A DNA stretch of 59,337 nucleotides, filler included. It is 6 parts of 6 records of this genome, joined end to end, with 100 filler letters (N's around TTAATTAATTAA, not from the genome) between each part and the next. Parts side by side here need not be neighbours in the genome. Positions count along the whole stretch, not along the records: positions 24,360 to 30,713 come from SRR2962707_4557; positions 30,814 to 37,213 come from SRR2962707_4558; positions 37,314 to 53,988 come from SRR2962707_4560; 3 more parts are not named here. One strand, 5' to 3'. The position numbers were made by a program, and so were the translations under genes. Each line of letters starts with the position of its first letter. Within the stretch, counting starts at the first letter, position 1. Below are positions 30,277 through 42,048 of this stretch, piece after piece. The notes below the pieces were generated by a model. That model saw nothing but the letters and a program-made list of their open reading frames with translations. It did no database searches and had not been told where the DNA came from.

Positions 30277-30670
30277 CGCCGCGTCGCAACAGGAAGCGTG
30301 TTGTCGCTGCTCACGACAACGCAACAAACAACCAGAAGTGCCGCAGAAAGCGGGAATAAAAAAAGACACGGAAAAAAAAAAGAACACGGAAGCGACGAGA
30401 GGGAAGCAACTCACGAAGAGGAGGAGGAAGAAGAGGAGGAGGGGAGGACCAACCGCCACCCACCCTGCAGCGGTGGTCCAGAGACAACGACTCACACAGA
30501 GGTGGACGGTGCAACACCCTCCTCAACTCCCAGCTGTGACGTTTTCACAATCTTCGAACACGCCTCCACGCAATATCACTCAAGAACAAGAAGCAGAAAC
30601 AGCTCAAACAAACAAAAACAAACAAAAAAAGGAGACACAGAGAGAAAAGGTGGGGTGGCGGGGTGGGGGG

Positions 30671-30713
30671 GAGAGCGAGCGAGCGAGAGAGTGAGCGAGC
30701 GAGTGAGTGAGTG
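30671..30713 (+). repeat. (GAGC/GAGT)n microsatellite at contig end
   Basis: gagcgagcgagagagtgagcgagcgagtgagtgagtg. Confidence 0.85.
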
Positions 30714-30813
30714 NNNNNNNNNNNNNNNNNNNNNNNNNNNNNNNNNNNNNNNNNNNNTTAATTAATTAANNNNNNNNNNNNNNNNNNNNNNNNNNNNNNN
30801 NNNNNNNNNNNNN
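30714..30813. other. Artificial contig spacer
   Basis: N44-TTAATTAATTAA-N44. Confidence 0.99.
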
Positions 30814-30843
30814 GCTGCTGCTGCTGCTGCTGCTGCTGCGGAA

Positions 30844-33800
30844 ATGAAGACTCCTTCCGTTTTTGCCATCACAGTGCCGTCTCGGCGATACCCAACGCTG
30901 GCTGCTGCAGTGAAAGGCGTCCCATCTTCTTGCTTTGGGGAAGGAAGCAGCAGCTGCGCAGTGATAAGCGTCCTTGAGGGCAAGTACGAGCTTCCAGTGG
31001 CAGTTGCGCTGCGAGGCCGCATCACCATCCAAGCGAAGCCTCACGTGAATGGCAATGGGCGTGAAAAAGTTACTCTCTCGTTTGCGAAAGCTCCTGGGGT
31101 TGAACTTTTGCACCCTGGTGCAAGCCTGGTCGGTGTGAGCGTCGCCGTTCAGGCACCGAAACCTTATGGGCGCCAATCCTTTGCAGTGGTCATGAATGCA
31201 CCAGATACTGTCCTTGATACCTGCACGCTGCGAGGCGGAGGGCTGTGGGTAAAGTGTGGCACTGCCCCTGCGGTCGTTGTGCGGAACATATCCGTTCACA
31301 CAGCGGCCGGGCACGGCCTCTACGTCACAGAATCGAACACAAGACGGCACGTGTTTCGAGCTGAGTATTCGGCAAGACGACGCATTCAGCGCGACATCGT
31401 GGAGAGGCAAGGTGCTGGCCGGGATGTGTACGATTGGGAATTTGATGCCGACGAAGACGATGATGAATTGGCTGCTGAATTGGCCGAGCTTGCAGAAGCT
31501 GCGACACGGATCGGAAAAGTTGTCCGTGGGTGGCTTACCCGCTCGGCTCTGAGAAGGCGACTGATCCTTCATGGTCTCCAGGTCCACGGGGCGCAGCAGA
31601 ATGGACTATTCGTGGACGGAAGCGGCACCTTTGGCGAAATGCACGTCCGTGTCCGCAACGCCAACATTGAACTTTGTGGCAGTACCGGGGTACGTGCGCA
31701 AGGGCAAGCACAACTCGTGATTTCAGATTCGTCGATTCGAAACTGCGCCCACTGTGGACTTGCAGCACAAACACCCGACACCCACACGCTTGTTCGTAGC
31801 GTCACTTTCAAACGATGCAAGGAAGGAGGAGTCAAAATATCTGATTCGGCAACCGCACATGTCACGGGATGCACGTTTGATAATAATGGCGGCGTGCCCA
31901 TTGAAGTGTGGGGAAAATCTGTCGAACAATTTTCTGCACTGGTGAAGAAGGAGGAATCGCCAAAGTCAGACGAGGCCGGCGCTCCATACGGAGACCCACA
32001 ACCTCCAATTGATGACACCTTGGTGGTGGGAAAAGTGCTCGCAGCAATTGACGAAGCGCCTACTGACACAAGACTGACCACCAAGAAACAAAGTAACGGC
32101 GCTGAAGATAGCGCGCCCGCGTCTCTCGTAGAGTCTCAGGCTGCGAATAAAAATGTCGCACAAGCAAGCGACAGCTCAACGCCACCGGATCCATCACAGG
32201 CGGCAGAGAAGCAACCACGCCACACCTCCTCGCCAGCAAATGCAGATGGTCATGACAAAGCAGCAGATTCTGACAGAATACCCGGCACCGCTCCTCAGGA
32301 AAAAGCCAACGCGCCCGAAACTAACAAAAGTTCTCTGCCAGGAACTCAGCTCCGTGGCGTTGGAACTAGTCCGCCCCCAGGGTCGATCAACGAGCTCCGA
32401 GTACAACTTGCAGCTCTTGATGCGGAGCTTGATCGGCCGTTTGACGCAGCGATGCACACTCAAAAAATCAATCAGGTTAGTTGTGTGTTCGCATTTCCCC
32501 TGCACTCCCCGTCCAAGCGACTTCGTGAAAATCAACAAACGACACCATCGCGATCGCACACGATGCTTCGGATTGTTGCTTCTTGCAGATTCACTACGAA
32601 ATGCAGCAGGCAATTGATGAAGGTGAATTTAAATGGGTAAGGAAGGCATTGCAGCGCGGGTATTTCATGGCATTGCAGCTTCACGTCGAACACGGTGTTG
32701 ATTTACGAGGGCAACTGCCTGCTAGGCTGGAGTGCTACGAGAGATGAAAGCCGTGATGGAGCGCGGAGAAGAAGGGTATCTTGGCGATCTTGCTGTCCGG
32801 CGCACACGGCTTGCCAAAATGCTGCATGCAATGGTGCGTTGGCAATGTCCATCTTGCTCAAGATCCCAATGAGCAGCGACACATTTGCTAATCATTGCCG
32901 CATCCCGTGCGCCATGTTGCAGGACACTGGGATTCGAGACATCAGTGTTGCAGCCGACACGTTTGAGCACAAGCCATTCCGCCCAATAAAGTCAACACGG
33001 CAACGAATCGAAAACCAGCGAGCCCACGATGCTGCCCTAAAAGAACGGCATGAGCGTTTAAAAGAGATTGAAGAACTTGCGCGGAAGCGTGCAAAGTTTG
33101 AAGTATCGCACATTCCCAGTGATGTTGAGGTAAGCGGAATTTGGAACGTTGGGATTTCTTCAGTCGTTGGCTTTGCTGCTGTAAGCATCTACCAAAGCTG
33201 TAGGTATGTGGTGTTCATAGACACTGCATTGCTTGATATTCCAGGTTCGCATTCGCGCTCCAAGTTTTCTCTTCCCCTCTCTCCAAGACGCTGTTGCGGC
33301 CTGTCCACGCGACCGCTCGTCAGCAATTATAGTCCCAGATGGATGCCATCACGTAGAAGGAGTCCTGGTTTTGGACAGGCCAGTTGTATTGTATGGCGCT
33401 CGCGGTGGTAATGCAGTTTTGTGTGTGCATGCGCCACCAGCAAAGCTGGTAGCAAAGTCTTCCCGCCAGGTTGGTGTTTTGTTTGAATGCACTCTGTCAC
33501 ACCATTCGTGGTTGAAGCATTCATATGGCTCCCTAAAACACCGCGCGGTGTGTTGTCTTTTTGTGTCCTTGCATTGGCTGAATACAGGACGACGATCCCG
33601 AAGCAGCCGCTCGGAATGAAGCGGCGCGACAGAAGCGGCAAAGGCAGTTGCGTGAGCGAAATCTTCGTGAAGCTGCCGCAACCCGTGGTCGGGGTCGAAA
33701 GTCGAGGACAAAAAAACTCATTGTTCCGTTTGATCTGCCCGTCAAGGCAGAAGATCGCATTGATCCTGCCACAAAACTTGGTGGTGCCATCAACATTGCT

Positions 33801-36650
33801 CACAAAGATGCAGGGCTGAACAGTCTTCACATCCTTGTGCTTCCTTCCAACAACGGGACAACAGGAGACGCAGAAGCTGTTGCAAAGATCGATCCAGCAC
33901 AGGTTGTATGCAAAGCCACCGGCCGAACTTCCAAAGCAGCTGTCTCCGACAAATCCGTTAGCAGTGCCTCCGATGCGATGTTACAGGAAGATGCAGGCGG
34001 AAAGGTCTTTGTGCCAGCGCTCGATTTGTCTGCTGCTCACCCAGAAACACCAGAGGCCACTGTGGCATCTGTATCTCACAATTCCAAAGATAGTACCAAC
34101 GAGGGAACAATTGGTTTGGCAGGCGAAGGCAACGATCCATCCGCACCACTGGAAATGCAATTGCGCCAAAAAAATATTGTTCGGTCGTCATTTCTGCCAT
34201 TTGAGGAAGCGCGGGAGTATGTTGGTGCATTGTTCTGATGGCACTGTACAAGCACTCTTACCTGAGTTGAGTTGCCCCAAAAAGTGGCTGCTCACGATCC
34301 TGGTCTGTGCATGTGTATTGTCCACACTTGGGCAGGTTTGTGCGCCGTTTAGGAATTACAGAACCGAATCTCCATGGATGGTTGAGTTATTGCTCCAAGC
34401 AAGGGCTGCCACCGGATATCCCCTTCGAGCCACAGCTCATCTACGCCCGTCATGGCTGGGTATCCATGCAGGTACGGAAGGACACACGGCCAAGGCTGTG
34501 TTATTAAATTCGTGGAGCGAGGATTCGTTGCGGTGGCAGAATTAAACCGTTAGTGCACATGGCTGCTAACTGCCATTCTCATGCGCATGATGCAGGATTG
34601 GATTGGGGGGAACTTGGAAGAGATGACACGAATTGTCAAGAACGAAGTTACAGCTGCAGAAATTGCCGAAGCTCGGCGGGTCGCCGAACAGGCAGCCTGG
34701 GACACAGCTGTCACGGGCTCAGTGGCAATATTGATTTGTTCCGAACATGTGCTGGTCACTGACTGCTCTGTGACGGGAGGGTGCATTTGGGTAAATCTTG
34801 GGGGCGTGTTCCGCCAAAATACACATGGAATTCAGGGGCAGACTGCAAAAGTGGTCAATACGTTCGTCGTGGATTCCCCGGGATGTGGTCTTCTTGTCAC
34901 TGGCCGAAAGAGCACGCCGGTGGTTGAGCGGTGTACCTTCAAGCGGTGCTCGCTGGCTGGAGTATGCGCCCAGCAGGAGGGTCGCCCGACAGTTTCTGAG
35001 TGCACGCTCGAAGCAAATCATGGGTTTGGGGCCAAATGGTGGCGCCAAGCAGCAGGTTACTTGGTAAGCTGTGTTATCAACCGCAACGAGTCTGCAGGCG
35101 TTTTCGTGCTTGGCGAAGGAACTTCCCCGCGCGTGGAAGCCTGCACTTTTGAAGCCAACCGAGGCATTGGTCTTTACGTATCAGGGGGTGCGGGTGGAAC
35201 GTATAATGCGAACGTGCAGCAGGTTTGTCACAGCGCATGTTGCCGGTATTTGACCCCTATTGCTGCAAGCGAGTTTGTGCGTCTTTCTCGCTGCTTCTGA
35301 TTTCCGCGTGTTTGCCTGGGGCAGCAACACGCTTACTGTGGATTCAAAGTAACAAAGTCCTGCACCCGTGCGCTCGTCACAGAGAATGTAGACCGTGATG
35401 CCCTTGAGCGTGAGCAGGCGGCATCGCGCGAAGCCGCGAGAAAGGCTCGCGAAGCCGTTGAAGCCGCAGCCTTGAAACTGGCAGCTGATAAACTTGACGA
35501 AGAGCGGCGTTTGAGAAAGATTTACGGAAAGGACTGGCAACGCCATTCGAAGCTGCAGCCAGCCTCACGTGCCAGTAGCCAGGCCAAAAACCAAACCCGT
35601 GACGACCGTGCAATGGACGATGAAAAGCCAACGTACGTGCTGACTTTCTGGTGTTTGCAGTTGCCTTTGCACACAATTGAACTTAAATTGACTTTCGGTG
35701 CGTGGCGCTCAAGGTTTGATCTCGAGTATGCTGATGGAGATCTTGAGAGCAAAGTTCCGTTCTCGCTTCTGCGCGCGTCGGCAACTGTGCGAAAGGCAGA
35801 GGAGAAGGCCGCACATGCAGAGCAGCAACAACGTGCTGACGAAGTGAGCCGCGAAGAAGAGAAGCAGCACCATATTCAGCTCGTTAAGAAGAAGTTGCAG
35901 GCCGCAGGCAATCTGTTCGACGACGACTGGGCTGCTCTTTTTGAAAAGTGTGACACTCGTGGAGAAGGTGCTTTAGATCTTGCCGACTTCATCAAGGCCC
36001 TGCGAAACGTTTGCCGTCTTTCAGCTAAGATGTTGCCAAAAGTCCAAATCAAGGAGGTACGCTGCTTTGCTCAACTAGGTGACGCACTTGGCCGCTGTGC
36101 TGGTGTTGCTGGCTTCAGTTGGCTCTCTCGTTTTGTGCTAGCCGTTTCCAACCAATGCGATGTTGCTTGCTGTCTCACGCGCCGCACTCACCAGGTCTTT
36201 GAAGCCGTGGACTTGGACCACGGAGGCGACATCGATGTGGAGGAATTCACAGAATTCCTAAACGACCAGGAGGAGGACTCCGACTCCGACTCTGCCCTTG
36301 ACAGTGACAACGACACTCTCGGTAGTGCAACACCGTTTGGCAGCGAGGTTGATCTTCTTTCTGCTCTTGGTCGCGAGAAAGCCGAGGCCGCGGAGGCAGC
36401 TAAGAAACAGGTCATCGCGACCCATTCAACGGTAGCCAAAGGCCACCAAACACAGAAGCAAGCACCGCGAGAGAGAGAATTTCACGTGGGAGACGAGGTA
36501 GAAGCCAGATACGGCGGTAAGAAGAAGTGGTTCAAGGCCGTAATTATCAAGGTGCATCCACCAAAGCAGCGAAAGCCCAAGTCGGGTGCACTGGGCATGC
36601 AGCGAAAGCTCAGCGCCGCTCAAAAGCAAATGTTGGCCAACTCTTCTTGA
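30844..36650 (+). CDS. Eukaryotic multidomain protein (right-handed beta-helix, IQ-like, integrase-repeat unit, EF-hands, Tudor/Agenet-like), about 1536 aa, 10 exons; may extend 5' through the poly-Ala at the contig start
   Basis: Hand-spliced exons 30844-32475, 32589-32636, 32923-33129, 33245-33469, 33588-34216, 34336-34471, 34596-35222, 35325-35632, 35714-36056, 36195-36650, GT-AG and phase-consistent (4611 nt); CTF/CTL-xx-N beta-helix turns; DLDHGGDIDVEEF EF-hand. Confidence 0.65.
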
Positions 36651-36827
36651 ATGCAGATCCAGCCTGGCTGTTTGAATGATTCGCCTTGCCGCGTGAACAG
36701 CTGGCTGCAAGAGTAAAACTTTTAGCGTTGCTCGTGTCTTTGATTATCAATCTTTGTTCATTTTATACTTGCACATGCTGAATCCGAGTGCTGCCTTTGT
36801 TTCAGAAAATGGTGCTGGCTGGGAGTG

Positions 36828-36997
36828 TTACTTCAATTTCCCAGCCAGCAGTAACTTTATAAGGTCATGGAAAATGCAGAGGGTTTGCAGGCGGAGTCTC
36901 GACATCCCGCGTTTCTCTTGCACACCGCTCCGCAGCACCAAGTCAAGCTCTGTCGCTCCCGCTGACTGGAATTCACTATTTGACATAACTCTCGGCG
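36828..36997 (-). CDS. Possible terminal exon of a convergent eukaryotic gene
   Basis: Open frame ending ...LCIFHDLIKLLLAGKLK* preceded by a CAG acceptor; no family recognised. Confidence 0.3.
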
Positions 36998-37213
36998 CTG
37001 TGCGCCAAATAGTATGCTCACAATCGCAGAAACAGACGACGGCGATAGTCATAACAAGCAGAACCCAAAAAAAATAACGACAATGACCAAAGACCTCACT
37101 CACTCACGCCACCACTGGTGCACTCACCACTGCTCGTCTCTTCCTGGAGCCAGGATTATCTGCAAAGCTAACGGTAAAAAGCGTAAAAAAAAATTGAAAA
37201 AAAAAAAAAAAAA

Positions 37214-37313
37214 NNNNNNNNNNNNNNNNNNNNNNNNNNNNNNNNNNNNNNNNNNNNTTAATTAATTAANNNNNNNNNNNNNNNNNNNNNNNNNNNNNNN
37301 NNNNNNNNNNNNN
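37214..37313. other. Artificial contig spacer
   Basis: N44-TTAATTAATTAA-N44. Confidence 0.99.
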
Positions 37314-37314
37314 C

Positions 37315-38157
37315 ATGATGTTTCAGTCCTATGCGCTCTTTCCCCATATGAACGTGGCAGATAATATTGCGTTTGGTCTCAAACAGGCTGGAATGCCAAA
37401 AGACCAGCGAGATGAACGCGTGGCGGCCATGCTCAAACTGGTGAAGCTTCAAGAGTTTGCCAAGCGCAAGCCACACCAACTTTCCGGTGGTCAGCGCCAG
37501 CGCGTTGCGCTCGCGCGGTCTATCGCCACACGGCCAAAACTGCTTTTGCTTGATGAACCGCTAGGCGCTTTGGATAAAAAACTGCGTGAAGAAACACAAT
37601 TTGAATTGATGGATTTGCAGCAAGAGCTGGGCCTAACTTTCATGATCGTGACGCACGATCAAGAAGAGGCCATGACGATGTCTGACCGTATCGCGGTCAT
37701 GGACAAAGGCATGGTAAAGCAAACCGGCACGCCAGCGGAAATCTATGAGGCGCCAAACTCGCGCTACGTTGCGGATTTCATTGGTTCGGTCAATACATTT
37801 GAAGGCAAAGCCGAGAGCTCATCAGGTGATAAAACCATTCTTGCCGGTGCCGATGGCTTCAAACTTGATGTAATGGGCACTGCCAAAAAAGATGCAACGG
37901 CTTGGTTTGCGGTGCGCCCTGAAAAAATAAAAGTATCGCGCAAACAACCAGCCGGTGACGCCAACGCCGCCAGCGGCGAAGTTTGGGATATGGGCTATCT
38001 TGGCGATATGACCATCTTCCATATTAAGCTAGACAGCGGCAAAGTTGTGACTGCTTCAATCCTCAATGCGCAGCGAACTGTGGAAGACCCCTTCAATGAG
38101 GGTGATAAGGTTTGGCTCTCATTTGCGCCCGATGCGGGCATATTGTTGGAGAGCTAA
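37315..38157 (+). CDS. potG: Putrescine ABC transporter ATPase PotG (5' truncated)
   Basis: MMFQSYALFPHM, LSGGQRQR, LLDEPLGALDKKLRE, TOBE domain. Confidence 0.9.
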   Translation: MMFQSYALFPHMNVADNIAFGLKQAGMPKDQRDERVAAMLKLVKLQEFAKRKPHQLSGGQRQRVALARSIATRPKLLLLDEPLGALDKKLREETQFELMDLQQELGLTFMIVTHDQEEAMTMSDRIAVMDKGMVKQTGTPAEIYEAPNSRYVADFIGSVNTFEGKAESSSGDKTILAGADGFKLDVMGTAKKDATAWFAVRPEKIKVSRKQPAGDANAASGEVWDMGYLGDMTIFHIKLDSGKVVTASILNAQRTVEDPFNEGDKVWLSFAPDAGILLES

Positions 38158-38160
38158 ACC

Positions 38161-39060
38161 ATGGGAAAGCTCTTTAAACGCGTTACAATTCTTGCACCGT
38201 ATTTTTGGCTTCTGGCGCTGTTCTTGTTGCCATTTCTAATCGTTGCCCGCATTTCATTTTCTGAAGCGGTATTGGCAATGCCGCCCTATGCGCCGCAATT
38301 TGATTTGAGTGCAGGCTGGGAAAGCTTTAGTCAATCCTTCTCGCAGTTCTCTTTTGACAACTTCCTTTGGATTGCAGATGACCCTCTTTACGTAAACTCC
38401 TACCTTTCAAGCGTTCGCATCGCTTTTATGTCGACGATTTTCACATTGATGATCGGTTTCCCGCTGGCCTATGGCATGGCGCGAGCGCCGCAAGATATTC
38501 GGTCTATCTTATTGATGTTGGTTATTTTGCCATTTTGGACAAGCTTCCTTATCCGTGTTTATGCGTGGATTGGTATTTTGAAACCGGAAGGTTTGCTCAA
38601 TCAGTTCTTACTCTGGACAGGGCTTATCAGCGAACCGCTGCAAATTTTGAATACTGAATATGCGGTGTTTATCGGCATTGTCTATTCCTATCTACCCTTC
38701 ATGGTATTGCCGATTTATTCGGCGCTGGAGAAAATGGATTATTCACTTGTTGAAGCAGCCCAAGACCTTGGTTGTACGCCGTTTAAAGCCTTTTGGAAGG
38801 TGACGGCACGGCTTGCTGTTCCAGGCATCATTGCCGGTTCATTCCTAGTCTTCATTCCAGCGATCGGTGAGTTCGTGATCCCTGATCTTCTTGGCGGCAC
38901 ACGCACATTGATGATCGGTAAGACACTTTGGACCGAATTCTTCAATAACCGCGATTGGCCGGTTGCGTCTGCAGTTGCAATTTTATTGCTGCTTATTCTG
39001 GTCGTCCCAATTGTATTATTCCAAAATGCGCAAGCCCGCGCGACGGAGGCAGGCAAATGA
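38161..39060 (+). CDS. potH: Putrescine ABC permease PotH
   Basis: ILPFWTSFLIRVYAW, GEFVIPDLLGG, EFFNNRDWP. Confidence 0.92.
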   Translation: MGKLFKRVTILAPYFWLLALFLLPFLIVARISFSEAVLAMPPYAPQFDLSAGWESFSQSFSQFSFDNFLWIADDPLYVNSYLSSVRIAFMSTIFTLMIGFPLAYGMARAPQDIRSILLMLVILPFWTSFLIRVYAWIGILKPEGLLNQFLLWTGLISEPLQILNTEYAVFIGIVYSYLPFMVLPIYSALEKMDYSLVEAAQDLGCTPFKAFWKVTARLAVPGIIAGSFLVFIPAIGEFVIPDLLGGTRTLMIGKTLWTEFFNNRDWPVASAVAILLLLILVVPIVLFQNAQARATEAGK

Positions 39061-39869
39061 GTGGTCGTTGGTCACCCTTTAATATTGTATCGGTCGTATT
39101 GGGCTTTGCGTTTCTCTATTTGCCGATCATCATCCTCATTGTGTTCTCTTTCAATGAGTCAAAGCTTGTTACTGTTTGGGGCGGTTTCTCAACCAAATGG
39201 TATGTGGAGATGCTATCCAATAAAGGGCTAATGGATGCCGCTTGGGTAACACTGCGCGTGGGCCTGTTATCGGCAACAGTTGCAACCATTTTGGGCACAT
39301 TTGCAGCGCTCGCGCTGGTACGATACACGAAGTTTAGAGGCCGAACCCTGTTTACAGGCATGGTTTATGCACCCTTGGTTATGCCTGAGGTGATCACTGG
39401 TCTTTCGCTGCTTCTGCTCTTCGTGGCGATTGGTTTTGATCGCGGCTTTTGGACTGTCACGCTCGCACACATTACATTCTCAATGTGCTTTGTTGCGGTG
39501 GTCGTTCAATCGCGGCTTGTCACCTATGACATATCTTTGGAAGAAGCAGCGCAAGATCTCGGCTGCACACCTTTTCAAGCGTTCTACAAGGTGACGTTGC
39601 CGGTTATTTTACCAGCGGTTATATCCGGTTGGATGTTGGCCTTTACGCTGTCGCTTGATGACCTGGTTATTGCCAGCTTTAACTCAGGGCCAGCGGCCAC
39701 GACATTGCCTATGAAAATCTACAGCCAAGTGCGTCTGGGTGTTACTCCCGAGATTAATGCGGTTTGTACGGTGTTGATTGCTCTTGTCACCACCGGTGTG
39801 ATCATCGCCGCATTGCTCAATAAGCGGCGCGTATTACAAGATGCGCGCGCCACGGCTGCCGATCAATAA
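39057..39869 (+). CDS. potI: Putrescine ABC permease PotI
   Basis: SFNESKLVTVWGGFSTKWY, PLVMPEVITG, SLDDLVI; ATGA overlap with potH. Confidence 0.92.
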   Translation: MSGRWSPFNIVSVVLGFAFLYLPIIILIVFSFNESKLVTVWGGFSTKWYVEMLSNKGLMDAAWVTLRVGLLSATVATILGTFAALALVRYTKFRGRTLFTGMVYAPLVMPEVITGLSLLLLFVAIGFDRGFWTVTLAHITFSMCFVAVVVQSRLVTYDISLEEAAQDLGCTPFQAFYKVTLPVILPAVISGWMLAFTLSLDDLVIASFNSGPAATTLPMKIYSQVRLGVTPEINAVCTVLIALVTTGVIIAALLNKRRVLQDARATAADQ

Positions 39870-39877
39870 TTATAAAA

Positions 39878-41752
39878 TCACTGCGGCCCAAGCGGTGTTG
39901 CAGTTGGCGGTAATGGGGACGCGAATGCGCGTTCCCATGAACCTCCAATAAAAAAGCGTCTCGCGGGCACGTCTGATCCGCCAGCTGCTGTCACAGCAGT
40001 GCTTTGAACGGGTAGAGCCGTGGCTGTTAGCGCAATGCCGCCGCTGCCATAGGGCGCAACACCCTGAAACTGCACAGCGCCCTCGGCATAGTCTATTTGC
40101 CCGTCTTCAATTGAAATGACACCGTCATTGATATTGCCCGATAGAGACAAAGCTTTGAAGTTCTCGTCGGTGCTGCCTTGCTGCCCAGACAGGGTGAAGA
40201 ATTCATCACCGTCAACGGCGCTTAAAAGCCGTTTAATGCCAAATCCGCGCGTCACACCATTTTCAATTTTAAGCGTGGTCTTGCCGGATGCATTGCTGAT
40301 CATTTTCGACCAAGCGCTTATTGGCGATGTCGCCGTAAAATTTAACGTAGCGGTGCCAAATGGCAGTGTGGCGGGCAATTCGTTCTGCGCGCCAAATTGT
40401 TGTAAATTTATGTTCTGCGCGGAAATAGAAAGCATGCCCGTCGCGGTTTCTTTTTGCAGCTGAAGGCCAATTTGAACGTGTCCGCCATAAGCCTGTGCGT
40501 CGCCAATATCCAAATTCGCATTTGTTTGGCTCACTTGAGCCGTTGCCGCAATATTAGAAAGCAGCACATTTTCAAAGAATGCTTTTGAGGCCGATACACG
40601 CAAATCCGTACGAATATTTGGAAGAAGGGCGAAATCAAGCACGGGCGCATCGCCTTTACTCTGCCAAGGCAAGGTTACGAACGCGCCGACAAAATCATCC
40701 AAGTTCAGTTCTTTGAAATCAAGCGTACCGCTCAACAGGTCAGGCCCGTCCTTATTCACGGCAAATTCTAAAACGCCCATACCTTCATTGGAATTCAAGC
40801 CAAGTTTCAGGTTTTCAAACTGCGCTTTTGAACTTGATATTTTAAGCTTTGATTCCAGCTTTCCGGTCTTGAAAACCCACTGAGGCGATATGGAAGCACC
40901 GATCCACTCAGCTGTTCCGCCCATGGATGCGACATTCAAGGCAACATTGCCGTCAGCAAAAAACTGATCGAAAGCGCCAATTGATCCATCAAAATTCAAC
41001 GTGACCAATTCACTTGATAGGCCAACCGATAGGTTTGATAGTTTTCCTGCTAAAAGCGCTAATGGCTGATCAACGATAACATTCAATTGAACGGGAATAC
41101 CCTTCACAACACCCTTGCCGTCCAAGCTCATTGAACTATCCAATTGCTGCCAGTTCAACTGGCCTTCAATAGCGGTGGTTTGAAAGACTACCTCATTCGC
41201 TGGATTGACCACTTCAACAGATCCGCGACTAATCAGAACCTGGCCTAATCTTTTTGGAAAACCATCGACCAGTAGTGGTGCTGTTTTATTGTCTTCTGCC
41301 TTTTGTTCATCAATTGACTGGCGGGCGGCCTCGGTGGCCGTGGCTATTTTGCCCAATCCATCGCGCCAGTTTAGCGTTCCATCCGCTCTCTTTTTAAGTC
41401 GAAGTTTTGGGCGATCTAATTTGAACCGCGTGAATGTAGGGTTCGTCGATAAAAGCGTCACCCATGAAATATCGGCCTTCACATTCTCAACAAATAGAAA
41501 TGGCTCATCATTGGGGTTGGCCGATGGAATAGTTACATTGCCAAAGGTGGCGACAGGGCTGGGAAACAGCGAAATCCGCACATTGCCTCGTAAAGACACA
41601 GGCGTGCCCGCAAATTCGCTAAGCTCTTGTTCAATGCTGGATCGAACCAAATCAGAAGAGACAAGTGAGGGCAACGCAACGACAAAAATTGCGCCGAGGA
41701 TGAGCACTCCAGCGCCGATTAAAATCAGATATTTGTTAGATTTCAAATTCAT
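39878..41752 (-). CDS. AsmA family protein
   Basis: N-terminal TM anchor, ISLFPSP, DGTLNW, beta-rich body, FFIGGSW terminus. Confidence 0.8.
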   Translation of the reverse strand: MNLKSNKYLILIGAGVLILGAIFVVALPSLVSSDLVRSSIEQELSEFAGTPVSLRGNVRISLFPSPVATFGNVTIPSANPNDEPFLFVENVKADISWVTLLSTNPTFTRFKLDRPKLRLKKRADGTLNWRDGLGKIATATEAARQSIDEQKAEDNKTAPLLVDGFPKRLGQVLISRGSVEVVNPANEVVFQTTAIEGQLNWQQLDSSMSLDGKGVVKGIPVQLNVIVDQPLALLAGKLSNLSVGLSSELVTLNFDGSIGAFDQFFADGNVALNVASMGGTAEWIGASISPQWVFKTGKLESKLKISSSKAQFENLKLGLNSNEGMGVLEFAVNKDGPDLLSGTLDFKELNLDDFVGAFVTLPWQSKGDAPVLDFALLPNIRTDLRVSASKAFFENVLLSNIAATAQVSQTNANLDIGDAQAYGGHVQIGLQLQKETATGMLSISAQNINLQQFGAQNELPATLPFGTATLNFTATSPISAWSKMISNASGKTTLKIENGVTRGFGIKRLLSAVDGDEFFTLSGQQGSTDENFKALSLSGNINDGVISIEDGQIDYAEGAVQFQGVAPYGSGGIALTATALPVQSTAVTAAGGSDVPARRFFIGGSWERAFASPLPPTATPLGPQ

Positions 41753-42048
41753 ATCTGACTGCTACCAAAAAAAGCGACAAGAGGACAGACAGCTGCACAT
41801 CATTAATCTGCTCTTATTAACAGTGCAGATGGGGTCGTTGCGTTGTCCTAAAAGTTAATTTTAACCGCGCTCAATGAGTCAATATATGATCTGCTTATTA
41901 GCTGTCTTCATAAAAAGCCTTTGAGAATTATGACGTTAACTATTTTTTGAAAGGCTTTGTTAAAACTTTTTCGGTAATACCTTGTTAACATGAGTTTACG
42001 CGCAGTTATGCTTTGAGCTGACTTCGAGAGACAAACAGCAGAATATTC

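Noticed and set aside
37185-37213. Poly(A) tail of a retrocopy or mRNA
   Set aside because: The contig is intron-containing genomic DNA; an A-run at an assembly break is the simpler explanation
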